Below are positions 1 through 14,489 of a stretch of DNA of 64,000 nt, piece after piece. Each line of letters opens with the position of its first letter. Positions within the stretch are counted from its first letter, which is position 1. The translations under genes and the position numbers were made by a program. Source of the DNA: Azolla caroliniana (Eukaryota; Plantae; Polypodiophyta); the NCBI GenBank assembly GCA_043228905.1, contig JBHGNT010000013.1, positions 20,088,001-20,152,000 on the forward strand. The letters run 5' to 3'. The notes beneath the pieces were generated by a model that did not search any database, was not told the origin of the DNA, and worked only from the letters and a program-made list of their open reading frames with translations.

Positions 1-2651
1 AATTAGCGTTGAACTAATTCTATGTATCTGTATGTCATCCCTAGGCCACACTCTCCAACATAACACATATATCTACGTTATGTACATATGTATGTATGTC
101 ATCCCTAGTCCATAGTCTCCAACATAACACAATATCTCTACGTCATGTACATATATGTATGCATGTCGTCCCTAGTCCCTAGTCTCCAACGTAACACATA
201 TAGATCTACGTTATGTAAATATGTATGTATGTCATCCCTACTCCATAGACTCGGACATTTCACAAATTTATCGCTGCCGCGCGTTCGCTCACACGTACCT
301 AGTCATCGCGCACTCACCCCACCCGCTACCCGTGTATATCCGATTCTCGGCCAAGGCGCCTGCATGGCCCATTACCATGTGCGCGACGATCGACGCGTTC
401 TGGTTCGGGCACCGTAGGCCGATGCAACATGGTCGACGCATGTCCGCAAAAATCACTTATAATACGTAACGACGACCCTTCATCCCGCTCGTGGCCGGGT
501 GGAATGTTGATGCGCGCGGAACGACGCAAAGCGCCCATGGCCTGCTCTCGCACCACGTCTACGTTGTCCCGCGACCAACAATACTTAACATATCTCAACG
601 CGACACGGAGCTCCGGTCCCATAGACTCCAATCTCTCCGTCACTTGCCACCGTGATTGCCTCTTGCCCTCATCTCGACCTCTTATAAGTAACTCCCCCGT
701 GTGCGCGACGTACGCCATACCTCGCATTATAATCGAGGGTGTTAAGTTGTGTAGTGGGCAAGTCCCTCCATGGATCAGGACCGCGCGCAACTATTCTACG
801 AATTCGAAGGACATTCGACATGCATGATCAACTATGCAACCGGTGAGTTCGATGCCCCAATGTTTCGCTTCGAACAATATGCACACGACTACTCACCTGC
901 ACATTGCCAACGCATCAGGTGTGTGTGGCCGGCCACAAACACCATCAGGTGTGCCTGTAAGCCGCCACACAAGGATATTTAGTTTGTGGTTCGCACCTAG
1001 CTGTTCGAATGGAATTAAAGAAGAAGTTGGTCCAACATTTGGGTTCGAACATCCTAAATCTCGTTCGACCAACGATGATATTATACCGAGCTTAAAAAGG
1101 TCCAATTTACCGAAGCCGTGGGATATCCAATATTACTACTTGCTCCTACCACAAGCCCTACAAAAACACAACTATTCGTACGGGTCCCTATCTCGTTGAC
1201 CCACCTATAAATGGATTAGTAGTTGTTATCGTGGACTTCAAAGGGACGTAATGAGCGAGCCATTGCCTCATACTCATAAACCGTTCTGCGAGGGCCGACG
1301 CAACCTCGTAATTCGTAGTGGTATACCGTTGACATCATCATCGGAGCTCGCTCTCACTTTTGCTATCAATTATAGAAAAGGGGGGAGATCCCTTGTATCA
1401 CCTCGCTTCAACACATCCGGCGACCCGGACACTTCGAGCGCCGTAATGCCTTCTTCGTGCTTTGCATAACAATCTTTTGCCGATAAGTATCGCGTAAGAG
1501 TTCCGAAATATTAAACAAAGGCTCGAAGACGTTCACAAACTCTGTCGGCCGAGCGGAGAAGCACTGTGAACTAGCTCCAAAACCAAGCATGCTTATTCGA
1601 TGCATAGAGCATACGAGAGACGAGAATCTGAAACGAGGTTAGAACTCAAATTAATAAGCACAAAGAACGGGTGCTCAACCCCATACTCCAATATTATCAA
1701 TCATCGTAAGCACGGAGCAAATAATATACGCAAGCATTTTTGGCATCGATAAGGAATAAATAAACAAAATGAATACATATCTGAACAATGCACCAAAGCC
1801 AATAGACATCGTATGGATCGTGACATTCGTGTCTCCTTTGCTTCCCGTCGTAGCATCCCGCACGTTATATAGGCCGTACGTATTGGGAATTCAATTCTCT
1901 TGGTTTTATACCGAGAGTACGCTTAGAAGGATTGCGCGTGGAATTTGACTTTGTGATCTGCTTTGAATTCGGACGTATATCATTGCCTAGCTAGCCGTGA
2001 TATTCGTACGATGGCTACGATGCCATTTTAGTTGTGACGACAAGTATTGGAAAGGTTTGTTTCGTATATAGGTACAGTAAGTGACTTTTCCTATGTATTT
2101 GACGTTGATTTTGAACGTAGGTGCCGCCATATCAAACTTTGATCTTCGTGATGATCGCTCGAATTCGTATACGTGTCCCTAACCCCTCTCAAAATTCTAG
2201 ATGTTCCAATCGTAACGGATGGTGTTTCAATGAGGGAACTTGGGATGTTATGCCCTCACTTAGGAATAGTACATAAGTTCTAATTAGCTAATTCATGTGC
2301 TTTGGAAGCCTCGTCTCGAAAGAAATACGCCGCGTCATTCATAAGCAGGGAATTGAGGAAACCTAAGACATCGGTTTGCACAATCGAAGCCGTTCGTAGC
2401 TAGAAGTAGCCGAGCCAAATTCACAGTTTTGAAAAGGAATGTATTATGATCAAGCTTGGCTTCGTTTTACATCATGAATCATGAATGGGACGATCAAGCA
2501 GTGACGAGATTAGTGATTCGGCGTCGGAATGACGTCTTAGGAATCCGATTTATTGGCGGACGGTGGATGTGACGTACCGTTAAGTCCACACAATATAATA
2601 TGTTTGAGGGTCTTAACATTATTCAGATGCCAATTCAATGAGTTAAGAGAT

Positions 2652-4566
2652 TCATGCGAAGGGTAGGACGATTCTAGGGGTGGCTGTGACGCGTAGAGGG
2701 GTCTTCATTTCGGAGGAGAGTTTCAGGATCTCGGTCAGGTCGAGGTCGCGTGCCATTTTATCCTCGGGCAAGGACCACGTAAAGTGGTGGAGGAGCCTGG
2801 CCGTCCATAGTTGCACGGTGGCCAAACCCATCGCCCTTCCCGGGCACACCCTCCGACCGGCCCCGAAAGGTGCTAACCTCAAATCGCCACCTCGCACGTC
2901 CACGTCTTCCTCGACGAACCTGTCGGGAACGAACCGGTCAGGCTTCTCCCAAATGTCCGCGTCGTGTGTAATGGCCCACATGTTCACCATGGCTGTCGTC
3001 CCTGCTGGCACGTGATGGCCCGCTAGCTCGACGTCCGATGTGGCCAACCTCGCCCATGAGAGCAACGGCCCGGGTGGGTGCATCCTCAACGTCTCCTTGA
3101 TGATGGCATTCACGTAAGGAAGGAGTGCCATGTCGGCTTCTCGCACGGTACGACATCGGCCCACGACAGCATCCAGCTCGGCTTGCGCTCGTGCTTGAAC
3201 CTCTGGGTGTAGGACCATCTCCGCGAGGATCCACTCCATGAGGATGGCGGTCGTGTCGGTTCCTCGGAATATCATTTCCTGGAGAAAAGAGCATGTAACG
3301 GGACACCGATTAGGATAGAAAAACGTGCAAAGTTGTTTGGACTAGGAAGCCACGAACGTACACGGTCCATTACATTCGTCGACCTTGACGACGCGACTCG
3401 TAAAAACACATTGCAATCCCGTTAAATATATGTGTATTTATATATAGTGGCGACCTTCAAGAGTTACGTACCCATAGGATGGCGATTATATCGGTATCCG
3501 AGAGTTTTTCGCTAGTCTGCAACGATAGGAGCACGTCCACAAAGTCGTCGGCCTCATCCACGGAGCTTTCACCAGAACCGTGCTCGCGACGGGCTCGATG
3601 CTCGTCTATGATCGTTTGGACGAAGTCTTGCACCTCTGCCACCAGCTTCGTGCATCGTGAATGCACTCCCTGGAGATCCAACCATTTCAAGAACGGCAAG
3701 TGATCGCTCCAATTGAACGCGCCGAGAAGCTCGAAGCCTTCTCGAATCATTCTGCGCAATTGCTCCGCCTCCGGATCGACTTGCACTAGGGCTTGCTTCT
3801 GAGTGTAAACGAAGTCGTAGCGACGGCCAAAGACGCTCTTCATGATGTTGTTGATGGAAGTGAGCTGGAGGAGAGGGCGGATTTCGAAGCTGGACCCCGA
3901 TTGGGCATGGATGGATTGGAGGAGCTGGGTTGTTTCGAACTGCCGGCAAGGCTCGAGGGCTGACAGGCGCCGGGGGGCGAAGAGGTGGGTGGCGGCAATG
4001 CGTCGGAGCGTGCGCCAATAATCGCCGTAGGGAGCGAATCCGATGGCGCGATGGAAGAGGAGGAGCTTGGCCGATTGTTTGATGGGGCGATCCGCGAAAG
4101 AGGAGCTGCTCAAAATCTCACGGGCGACGGAAGGTTCGGAGGTCAGGATGACTCGCGTGGTGCCGAGGCTGAAGGCCATCAAGGACTTGGCGGAGTGAGC
4201 ACGTGCGAGGTCGGCGAGGCGGACATGGGGGCGTTCGCCCATGAGCTCGAGCAAGCTACCCACCAACGGCCAGCCGCGTGGGCCTCGGATTTCCTTAGCA
4301 AGGGCATGGGAATTCGCGCGTGCCGCGAGGCCCCAGGCTGGCCCGCCAGGATGGCGCCACCACGCCAAGATTGCCAGCAAGCCGCTACAGACGAGCAAGG
4401 CCAGAATATGGCGGGCGGCCCAGATTGCACCTAGGAGAGAAGATCGTGAGAGCAACAACAACACGAGATGGAGACTAGTGGAGATCGCGGCACCCTCCGT
4501 CGACGAAGATGAAGCGATTGCGGCGGCGGATGATAACATCGGTGACGACACCGATATGGGATCCAT
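2652..4566 (-). CDS. CYP78A: Cytochrome P450 CYP78A (KLUH-like), copy 1; exons 4566-3472 and 3278-2652, 193-bp GT-AG intron, about 573 aa
   Basis: CYP78 I-helix W|EMIFRGTDT split by the intron, [17 protein letters not shown], heme motif [22 protein letters not shown], hydrophobic N-terminal anchor, canonical splice sites. Confidence 0.95.
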
Positions 4567-4673
4567 GTTTCCTCCTCCTCCTCTTGATCTTGATCAATGC
4601 GTTGTTCCGATTATACTCCCCTACTCATCAATGTGCTTGGCTACTCTACTCTACTCATCTTGCTCCCTCTCTC

Positions 4674-4728
4674 TTATATGTTATATATATACATACACAC
4701 ATATATATATATCTATACACACACACAC
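4674..4728. repeat. (TA)n/(CA)n microsatellite in the CYP78A 5' leader region; 2 bp longer in copies 3-4
   Basis: Seen directly; explains the 4879 versus 4881 period. Confidence 0.9.
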
Positions 4729-4899
4729 AACACGTATAACCCGTGAGCCACACAAGCGCTACTCTCTCTCTTCCCCCTATCAACGCTTCCATGCACGCAC
4801 GTGCTAATAAGGGAGAGACCACCCACACAATAATAGGGGAGAGAAAGGAAAGGCAATGGCTATACTAAGCCAATAAGCTAATTAGCGTTGAACTAATTC

Positions 4900-5130
4900 T
4901 ATGTATCTGTATGTCATCCCTAGGCCACACTCTCCAACATAACACATATATCTACGTTATGTACATATGTATGTATGTCATCCCTAGTCCATAGTCTCCA
5001 ACATAACACAATATCTCTACGTCATGTACATATATGTATGCATGTCGTCCCTAGTCCCTAGTCTCCAACGTAACACATATAGATCTACGTTATGTAAATA
5101 TGTATGTATGTCATCCCTACTCCATAGACT
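4900..5130. repeat. About 65-bp minisatellite, about 3.5 copies, upstream of CYP78A in every unit (also 21-250, 9779-10010, 14660-14890, 19541-19770)
   Basis: Recurring tatgtatgtcatccctag...ctccaacataacacat...tctacgt.atgtaca. Confidence 0.85.
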
Positions 5131-7530
5131 CGGACATTTCACAAATTTATCGCTGCCGCGCGTTCGCTCACACGTACCTAGTCATCGCGCACTCACCCCA
5201 CCCGCTACCCGTGTATATCCGATTCTCGGCCAAGGCGCCTGCATGGCCCATTACCATGTGCGCGACGATCGACGCGTTCTGGTTCGGGCACCGTAGGCCG
5301 ATGCAACATGGTCGACGCATGTCCGCAAAAATCACTTATAATACGTAACGACGACCCTTCATCCCGCTCGTGGCCGGGTGGAATGTTGATGCGCGCGGAA
5401 CGACGCAAAGCGCCCATGGCCTGCTCTCGCACCACGTCTACGTTGTCCCGCGACCAACAATACTTAACATATCTCAACGCGACACGGAGCTCCGGTCCCA
5501 TAGACTCCAATCTCTCCGTCACTTGCCACCGTGATTGCCTCTTGCCCTCATCTCGACCTCTTATAAGTAACTCCCCCGTGTGCGCGACGTACGCCATACC
5601 TCGCATTATAATCGAGGGTGTTAAGTTGTGTAGTGGGCAAGTCCCTCCATGGATCAGGACCGCGCGCAACTATTCTACGAATTCGAAGGACATTCGACAT
5701 GCATGATCAACTATGCAACCGGTGAGTTCGATGCCCCAATGTTTCGCTTCGAACAATATGCACACGACTACTCACCTGCACATTGCCAACGCATCAGGTG
5801 TGTGTGGCCGGCCACAAACACCATCAGGTGTGCCTGTAAGCCGCCACACAAGGATATTTAGTTTGTGGTTCGCACCTAGCTGTTCGAATGGAATTAAAGA
5901 AGAAGTTGGTCCAACATTTGGGTTCGAACATCCTAAATCTCGTTCGACCAACGATGATATTATACCGAGCTTAAAAAGGTCCAATTTACCGAAGCCGTGG
6001 GATATCCAATATTACTACTTGCTCCTACCACAAGCCCTACAAAAACACAACTATTCGTACGGGTCCCTATCTCGTTGACCCACCTATAAATGGATTAGTA
6101 GTTGTTATCGTGGACTTCAAAGGGACGTAATGAGCGAGCCATTGCCTCATACTCATAAACCGTTCTGCGAGGGCCGACGCAACCTCGTAATTCGTAGTGG
6201 TATACCGTTGACATCATCATCGGAGCTCGCTCTCACTTTTGCTATCAATTATAGAAAAGGGGGGAGATCCCTTGTATCACCTCGCTTCAACACATCCGGC
6301 GACCCGGACACTTCGAGCGCCGTAATGCCTTCTTCGTGCTTTGCATAACAATCTTTTGCCGATAAGTATCGCGTAAGAGTTCCGAAATATTAAACAAAGG
6401 CTCGAAGACGTTCACAAACTCTGTCGGCCGAGCGGAGAAGCACTGTGAACTAGCTCCAAAACCAAGCATGCTTATTCGATGCATAGAGCATACGAGAGAC
6501 GAGAATCTGAAACGAGGTTAGAACTCAAATTAATAAGCACAAAGAACGGGTGCTCAACCCCATACTCCAATATTATCAATCATCGTAAGCACGGAGCAAA
6601 TAATATACGCAAGCATTTTTGGCATCGATAAGGAATAAATAAACAAAATGAATACATATCTGAACAATGCACCAAAGCCAATAGACATCGTATGGATCGT
6701 GACATTCGTGTCTCCTTTGCTTCCCGTCGTAGCATCCCGCACGTTATATAGGCCGTACGTATTGGGAATTCAATTCTCTTGGTTTTATACCGAGAGTACG
6801 CTTAGAAGGATTGCGCGTGGAATTTGACTTTGTGATCTGCTTTGAATTCGGACGTATATCATTGCCTAGCTAGCCGTGATATTCGTACGATGGCTACGAT
6901 GCCATTTTAGTTGTGACGACAAGTATTGGAAAGGTTTGTTTCGTATATAGGTACAGTAAGTGACTTTTCCTATGTATTTGACGTTGATTTTGAACGTAGG
7001 TGCCGCCATATCAAACTTTGATCTTCGTGATGATCGCTCGAATTCGTATACGTGTCCCTAACCCCTCTCAAAATTCTAGATGTTCCAATCGTAACGGATG
7101 GTGTTTCAATGAGGGAACTTGGGATGTTATGCCCTCACTTAGGAATAGTACATAAGTTCTAATTAGCTAATTCATGTGCTTTGGAAGCCTCGTCTCGAAA
7201 GAAATACGCCGCGTCATTCATAAGCAGGGAATTGAGGAAACCTAAGACATCGGTTTGCACAATCGAAGCCGTTCGTAGCTAGAAGTAGCCGAGCCAAATT
7301 CACAGTTTTGAAAAGGAATGTATTATGATCAAGCTTGGCTTCGTTTTACATCATGAATCATGAATGGGACGATCAAGCAGTGACGAGATTAGTGATTCGG
7401 CGTCGGAATGACGTCTTAGGAATCCGATTTATTGGCGGACGGTGGATGTGACGTACCGTTAAGTCCACACAATATAATATGTTTGAGGGTCTTAACATTA
7501 TTCAGATGCCAATTCAATGAGTTAAGAGAT

Positions 7531-9445
7531 TCATGCGAAGGGTAGGACGATTCTAGGGGTGGCTGTGACGCGTAGAGGGGTCTTCATTTCGGAGGAGAGT
7601 TTCAGGATCTCGGTCAGGTCGAGGTCGCGTGCCATTTTATCCTCGGGCAAGGACCACGTAAAGTGGTGGAGGAGCCTGGCCGTCCATAGTTGCACGGTGG
7701 CCAAACCCATCGCCCTTCCCGGGCACACCCTCCGACCGGCCCCGAAAGGTGCTAACCTCAAATCGCCACCTCGCACGTCCACGTCTTCCTCGACGAACCT
7801 GTCGGGAACGAACCGGTCAGGCTTCTCCCAAATGTCCGCGTCGTGTGTAATGGCCCACATGTTCACCATGGCTGTCGTCCCTGCTGGCACGTGATGGCCC
7901 GCTAGCTCGACGTCCGATGTGGCCAACCTCGCCCATGAGAGCAACGGCCCGGGTGGGTGCATCCTCAACGTCTCCTTGATGATGGCATTCACGTAAGGAA
8001 GGAGTGCCATGTCGGCTTCTCGCACGGTACGACATCGGCCCACGACAGCATCCAGCTCGGCTTGCGCTCGTGCTTGAACCTCTGGGTGTAGGACCATCTC
8101 CGCGAGGATCCACTCCATGAGGATGGCGGTCGTGTCGGTTCCTCGGAATATCATTTCCTGGAGAAAAGAGCATGTAACGGGACACCGATTAGGATAGAAA
8201 AACGTGCAAAGTTGTTTGGACTAGGAAGCCACGAACGTACACGGTCCATTACATTCGTCGACCTTGACGACGCGACTCGTAAAAACACATTGCAATCCCG
8301 TTAAATATATGTGTATTTATATATAGTGGCGACCTTCAAGAGTTACGTACCCATAGGATGGCGATTATATCGGTATCCGAGAGTTTTTCGCTAGTCTGCA
8401 ACGATAGGAGCACGTCCACAAAGTCGTCGGCCTCATCCACGGAGCTTTCACCAGAACCGTGCTCGCGACGGGCTCGATGCTCGTCTATGATCGTTTGGAC
8501 GAAGTCTTGCACCTCTGCCACCAGCTTCGTGCATCGTGAATGCACTCCCTGGAGATCCAACCATTTCAAGAACGGCAAGTGATCGCTCCAATTGAACGCG
8601 CCGAGAAGCTCGAAGCCTTCTCGAATCATTCTGCGCAATTGCTCCGCCTCCGGATCGACTTGCACTAGGGCTTGCTTCTGAGTGTAAACGAAGTCGTAGC
8701 GACGGCCAAAGACGCTCTTCATGATGTTGTTGATGGAAGTGAGCTGGAGGAGAGGGCGGATTTCGAAGCTGGACCCCGATTGGGCATGGATGGATTGGAG
8801 GAGCTGGGTTGTTTCGAACTGCCGGCAAGGCTCGAGGGCTGACAGGCGCCGGGGGGCGAAGAGGTGGGTGGCGGCAATGCGTCGGAGCGTGCGCCAATAA
8901 TCGCCGTAGGGAGCGAATCCGATGGCGCGATGGAAGAGGAGGAGCTTGGCCGATTGTTTGATGGGGCGATCCGCGAAAGAGGAGCTGCTCAAAATCTCAC
9001 GGGCGACGGAAGGTTCGGAGGTCAGGATGACTCGCGTGGTGCCGAGGCTGAAGGCCATCAAGGACTTGGCGGAGTGAGCACGTGCGAGGTCGGCGAGGCG
9101 GACATGGGGGCGTTCGCCCATGAGCTCGAGCAAGCTACCCACCAACGGCCAGCCGCGTGGGCCTCGGATTTCCTTAGCAAGGGCATGGGAATTCGCGCGT
9201 GCCGCGAGGCCCCAGGCTGGCCCGCCAGGATGGCGCCACCACGCCAAGATTGCCAGCAAGCCGCTACAGACGAGCAAGGCCAGAATATGGCGGGCGGCCC
9301 AGATTGCACCTAGGAGAGAAGATCGTGAGAGCAACAACAACACGAGATGGAGACTAGTGGAGATCGCGGCACCCTCCGTCGACGAAGATGAAGCGATTGC
9401 GGCGGCGGATGATAACATCGGTGACGACACCGATATGGGATCCAT
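7531..9445 (-). CDS. CYP78A: CYP78A copy 2 (exons 9445-8351, 8157-7531), His87 variant
   Basis: Translation identical to copy 1. Confidence 0.95.
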
Positions 9446-12409
9446 GTTTCCTCCTCCTCCTCTTGATCTTGATCAATGCGTTGTTCCGATTATACTCCCC
9501 TACTCATCAATGTGCTTGGCTACTCTACTCTACTCATCTTGCTCCCTCTCTCTTATATGTTATATATATACATACACACATATATATATATCTATACACA
9601 CACACACAACACGTATAACCCGTGAGCCACACAAGCGCTACTCTCTCTCTTCCCCCTATCAACGCTTCCATGCACGCACGTGCTAATAAGGGAGAGACCA
9701 CCCACACAATAATAGGGGAGAGAAAGGAAAGGCAATGGCTATACTAAGCCAATAAGCTAATTAGCGTTGAACTAATTCTATGTATCTGTATGTCATCCCT
9801 AGGCCACACTCTCCAACATAACACATATATCTACGTTATGTACATATGTATGTATGTCATCCCTAGTCCATAGTCTCCAACATAACACAATATCTCTACG
9901 TCATGTACATATATGTATGCATGTCGTCCCTAGTCCCTAGTCTCCAACGTAACACATATAGATCTACGTTATGTAAATATGTATGTATGTCATCCCTACT
10001 CCATAGACTCGGACATTTCACAAATTTATCGCTGCCGCGCGTTCGCTCACACGTACCTAGTCATCGCGCACTCACCCCACCCGCTACCCGTGTATATCCG
10101 ATTCTCGGCCAAGGCGCCTGCATGGCCCATTACCATGTGCGCGACGATCGACGCGTTCTGGTTCGGGCACCGTAGGCCGATGCAACATGGTCGACGCATG
10201 TCCGCAAAAATCACTTATAATACGTAACGACGACCCTTCATCCCGCTCGTGGCCGGGTGGAATGTTGATGCGCGCGGAACGACGCAAAGCGCCCATGGCC
10301 TGCTCTCGCACCACGTCTACGTTGTCCCGCGACCAACAATACTTAACATATCTCAACGCGACACGGAGCTCCGGTCCCATAGACTCCAATCTCTCCGTCA
10401 CTTGCCACCGTGATTGCCTCTTGCCCTCATCTCGACCTCTTATAAGTAACTCCCCCGTGTGCGCGACGTACGCCATACCTCGCATTATAATCGAGGGTGT
10501 TAAGTTGTGTAGTGGGCAAGTCCCTCCATGGATCAGGACCGCGCGCAACTATTCTACGAATTCGAAGGACATTCGACATGCATGATCAACTATGCAACCG
10601 GTGAGTTCGATGCCCCAATGTTTCGCTTCGAACAATATGCACACGACTACTCACCTGCACATTGCCAACGCATCAGGTGTGTGTGGCCGGCCACAAACAC
10701 CATCAGGTGTGCCTGTAAGCCGCCACACAAGGATATTTAGTTTGTGGTTCGCACCTAGCTGTTCGAATGGAATTAAAGAAGAAGTTGGTCCAACATTTGG
10801 GTTCGAACATCCTAAATCTCGTTCGACCAACGATGATATTATACCGAGCTTAAAAAGGTCCAATTTACCGAAGCCGTGGGATATCCAATATTACTACTTG
10901 CTCCTACCACAAGCCCTACAAAAACACAACTATTCGTACGGGTCCCTATCTCGTTGACCCACCTATAAATGGATTAGTAGTTGTTATCGTGGACTTCAAA
11001 GGGACGTAATGAGCGAGCCATTGCCTCATACTCATAAACCGTTCTGCGAGGGCCGACGCAACCTCGTAATTCGTAGTGGTATACCGTTGACATCATCATC
11101 GGAGCTCGCTCTCACTTTTGCTATCAATTATAGAAAAGGGGGGAGATCCCTTGTATCACCTCGCTTCAACACATCCGGCGACCCGGACACTTCGAGCGCC
11201 GTAATGCCTTCTTCGTGCTTTGCATAACAATCTTTTGCCGATAAGTATCGCGTAAGAGTTCCGAAATATTAAACAAAGGCTCGAAGACGTTCACAAACTC
11301 TGTCGGCCGAGCGGAGAAGCACTGTGAACTAGCTCCAAAACCAAGCATGCTTATTCGATGCATAGAGCATACGAGAGACGAGAATCTGAAACGAGGTTAG
11401 AACTCAAATTAATAAGCACAAAGAACGGGTGCTCAACCCCATACTCCAATATTATCAATCATCGTAAGCACGGAGCAAATAATATACGCAAGCATTTTTG
11501 GCATCGATAAGGAATAAATAAACAAAATGAATACATATCTGAACAATGCACCAAAGCCAATAGACATCGTATGGATCGTGACATTCGTGTCTCCTTTGCT
11601 TCCCGTCGTAGCATCCCGCACGTTATATAGGCCGTACGTATTGGGAATTCAATTCTCTTGGTTTTATACCGAGAGTACGCTTAGAAGGATTGCGCGTGGA
11701 ATTTGACTTTGTGATCTGCTTTGAATTCGGACGTATATCATTGCCTAGCTAGCCGTGATATTCGTACGATGGCTACGATGCCATTTTAGTTGTGACGACA
11801 AGTATTGGAAAGGTTTGTTTCGTATATAGGTACAGTAAGTGACTTTTCCTATGTATTTGACGTTGATTTTGAACGTAGGTGCCGCCATATCAAACTTTGA
11901 TCTTCGTGATGATCGCTCGAATTCGTATACGTGTCCCTAACCCCTCTCAAAATTCTAGATGTTCCAATCGTAACGGATGGTGTTTCAATGAGGGAACTTG
12001 GGATGTTATGCCCTCACTTAGGAATAGTACATAAGTTCTAATTAGCTAATTCATGTGCTTTGGAAGCCTCGTCTCGAAAGAAATACGCCGCGTCATTCAT
12101 AAGCAGGGAATTGAGGAAACCTAAGACATCGGTTTGCACAATCGAAGCCGTTCGTAGCTAGAAGTAGCCGAGCCAAATTCACAGTTTTGAAAAGGAATGT
12201 ATTATGATCAAGCTTGGCTTCGTTTTACATCATGAATCATGAATGGGACGATCAAGCAGTGACGAGATTAGTGATTCGGCGTCGGAATGACGTCTTAGGA
12301 ATCCGATTTATTGGCGGACGGTGGATGTGACGTACCGTTAAGTCCACACAATATAATATGTTTGAGGGTCTTAACATTATTCAGATGCCAATTCAATGAG
12401 TTAAGAGAT

Positions 12410-14324
12410 TCATGCGAAGGGTAGGACGATTCTAGGGGTGGCTGTGACGCGTAGAGGGGTCTTCATTTCGGAGGAGAGTTTCAGGATCTCGGTCAGGTCG
12501 AGGTCGCGTGCCATTTTATCCTCGGGCAAGGACCACGTAAAGTGGTGGAGGAGCCTGGCCGTCCATAGTTGCACGGTGGCCAAACCCATCGCCCTTCCCG
12601 GGCACACCCTCCGACCGGCCCCGAAAGGTGCTAACCTCAAATCGCCACCTCGCACGTCCACGTCTTCCTCGACGAACCTGTCGGGAACGAACCGGTCAGG
12701 CTTCTCCCAAATGTCCGCGTCGTGTGTAATGGCCCACATGTTCACCATGGCTGTCGTCCCTGCTGGCACGTGATGGCCCGCTAGCTCGACGTCCGATGTG
12801 GCCAACCTCGCCCATGAGAGCAACGGCCCGGGTGGGTGCATCCTCAACGTCTCCTTGATGATGGCATTCACGTAAGGAAGGAGTGCCATGTCGGCTTCTC
12901 GCACGGTACGACATCGGCCCACGACAGCATCCAGCTCGGCTTGCGCTCGTGCTTGAACCTCTGGGTGTAGGACCATCTCCGCGAGGATCCACTCCATGAG
13001 GATGGCGGTCGTGTCGGTTCCTCGGAATATCATTTCCTGGAGAAAAGAGCATGTAACGGGACACCGATTAGGATAGAAAAACGTGCAAAGTTGTTTGGAC
13101 TAGGAAGCCACGAACGTACACGGTCCATTACATTCGTCGACCTTGACGACGCGACTCGTAAAAACACATTGCAATCCCGTTAAATATATGTGTATTTATA
13201 TATAGTGGCGACCTTCAAGAGTTACGTACCCATAGGATGGCGATTATATCGGTATCCGAGAGTTTTTCGCTAGTCTGCAACGATAGGAGCACGTCCACAA
13301 AGTCGTCGGCCTCATCCACGGAGCTTTCACCAGAACCGTGCTCGCGACGGGCTCGATGCTCGTCTATGATCGTTTGGACGAAGTCTTGCACCTCTGCCAC
13401 CAGCTTCGTGCATCGTGAATGCACTCCCTGGAGATCCAACCATTTCAAGAACGGCAAGTGATCGCTCCAATTGAACGCGCCGAGAAGCTCGAAGCCTTCT
13501 CGAATCATTCTGCGCAATTGCTCCGCCTCCGGATCGACTTGCACTAGGGCTTGCTTCTGAGTGTAAACGAAGTCGTAGCGACGGCCAAAGACGCTCTTCA
13601 TGATGTTGTTGATGGAAGTGAGCTGGAGGAGAGGGCGGATTTCGAAGCTGGACCCCGATTGGGCATGGATGGATTGGAGGAGCTGGGTTGTTTCGAACTG
13701 CCGGCAAGGCTCGAGGGCTGACAGGCGCCGGGGGGCGAAGAGGTGGGTGGCGGCAATGCGTCGGAGCGTGCGCCAATAATCGCCGTAGGGAGCGAATCCG
13801 ATGGCGCGATGGAAGAGGAGGAGCTTGGCCGATTGTTTGATGGGGCGATCCGCGAAAGAGGAGCTGCTCAAAATCTCACGGGCGACGGAAGGTTCGGAGG
13901 TCAGGATGACTCGCGTGGTGCCGAGGCTGAAGGCCATCAAGGACTTGGCGGAGTGAGCACGTGCGAGGTCGGCGAGGCGGACATGGGGGCGTTCGCCCAT
14001 GAGCTCGAGCAAGCTACCCACCAACGGCCAGCCGCGTGGGCCTCGGATTTCCTTAGCAAGGGCACGGGAATTCGCGCGTGCCGCGAGGCCCCAGGCTGGC
14101 CCGCCAGGATGGCGCCACCACGCCAAGATTGCCAGCAAGCCGCTACAGACGAGCAAGGCCAGAATATGGCGGGCGGCCCAGATTGCACCTAGGAGAGAAG
14201 ATCGTGAGAGCAACAACAACACGAGATGGAGACTAGTGGAGATCGCGGCACCCTCCGTCGACGAAGATGAAGCGATTGCGGCGGCGGATGATAACATCGG
14301 TGACGACACCGATATGGGATCCAT
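12410..14324 (-). CDS. CYP78A: CYP78A copy 3 (exons 14324-13230, 13036-12410), Arg87 variant
   Basis: Identical except ANSHALA to ANSRALA (SNP at 14065). Confidence 0.95.
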
Positions 14325-14458
14325 GTTTCCTCCTCCTCCTCTTGATCTTGATCAATGCGTTGTTCCGATTATACTCCCCTACTCATCAATGTGCTTGGCT
14401 ACTCTACTCTACTCATCTTGCTCCCTCTCTCTTATATCTTATATATATACATACACAC

Positions 14459-14489
<31 letters not shown>

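Noticed and set aside
21-250. CRISPR-like array
   Set aside because: No unique spacers, eukaryotic context, no cas genes; it is a minisatellite.
1740-1770. Helitron or rolling-circle ends at the unit junction
   Set aside because: No TC...CTRR termini or subterminal hairpin seen on either strand.
145-1863. Short ORFs in the array spacer as partner genes of CYP78A
   Set aside because: No recognisable domains, they overlap on both strands, and they recur only because the unit is duplicated.
3337-3348. TTGGACTAGGA in the intron and TCCCTAGTCCA in the minisatellite matching the LTR U5 motif
   Set aside because: 11-bp matches with no extension; compatible with chance.
2680-4807. Plus-strand and alternate-frame ORFs overlapping CYP78A
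   Set aside because: Shadow ORFs of GC-rich coding sequence.
2278-4890. ctaattagct / agctaattag flanking the gene as Pack-type TIRs
   Set aside because: Only about 10 bp, AT-rich and near-palindromic, with no TSD.
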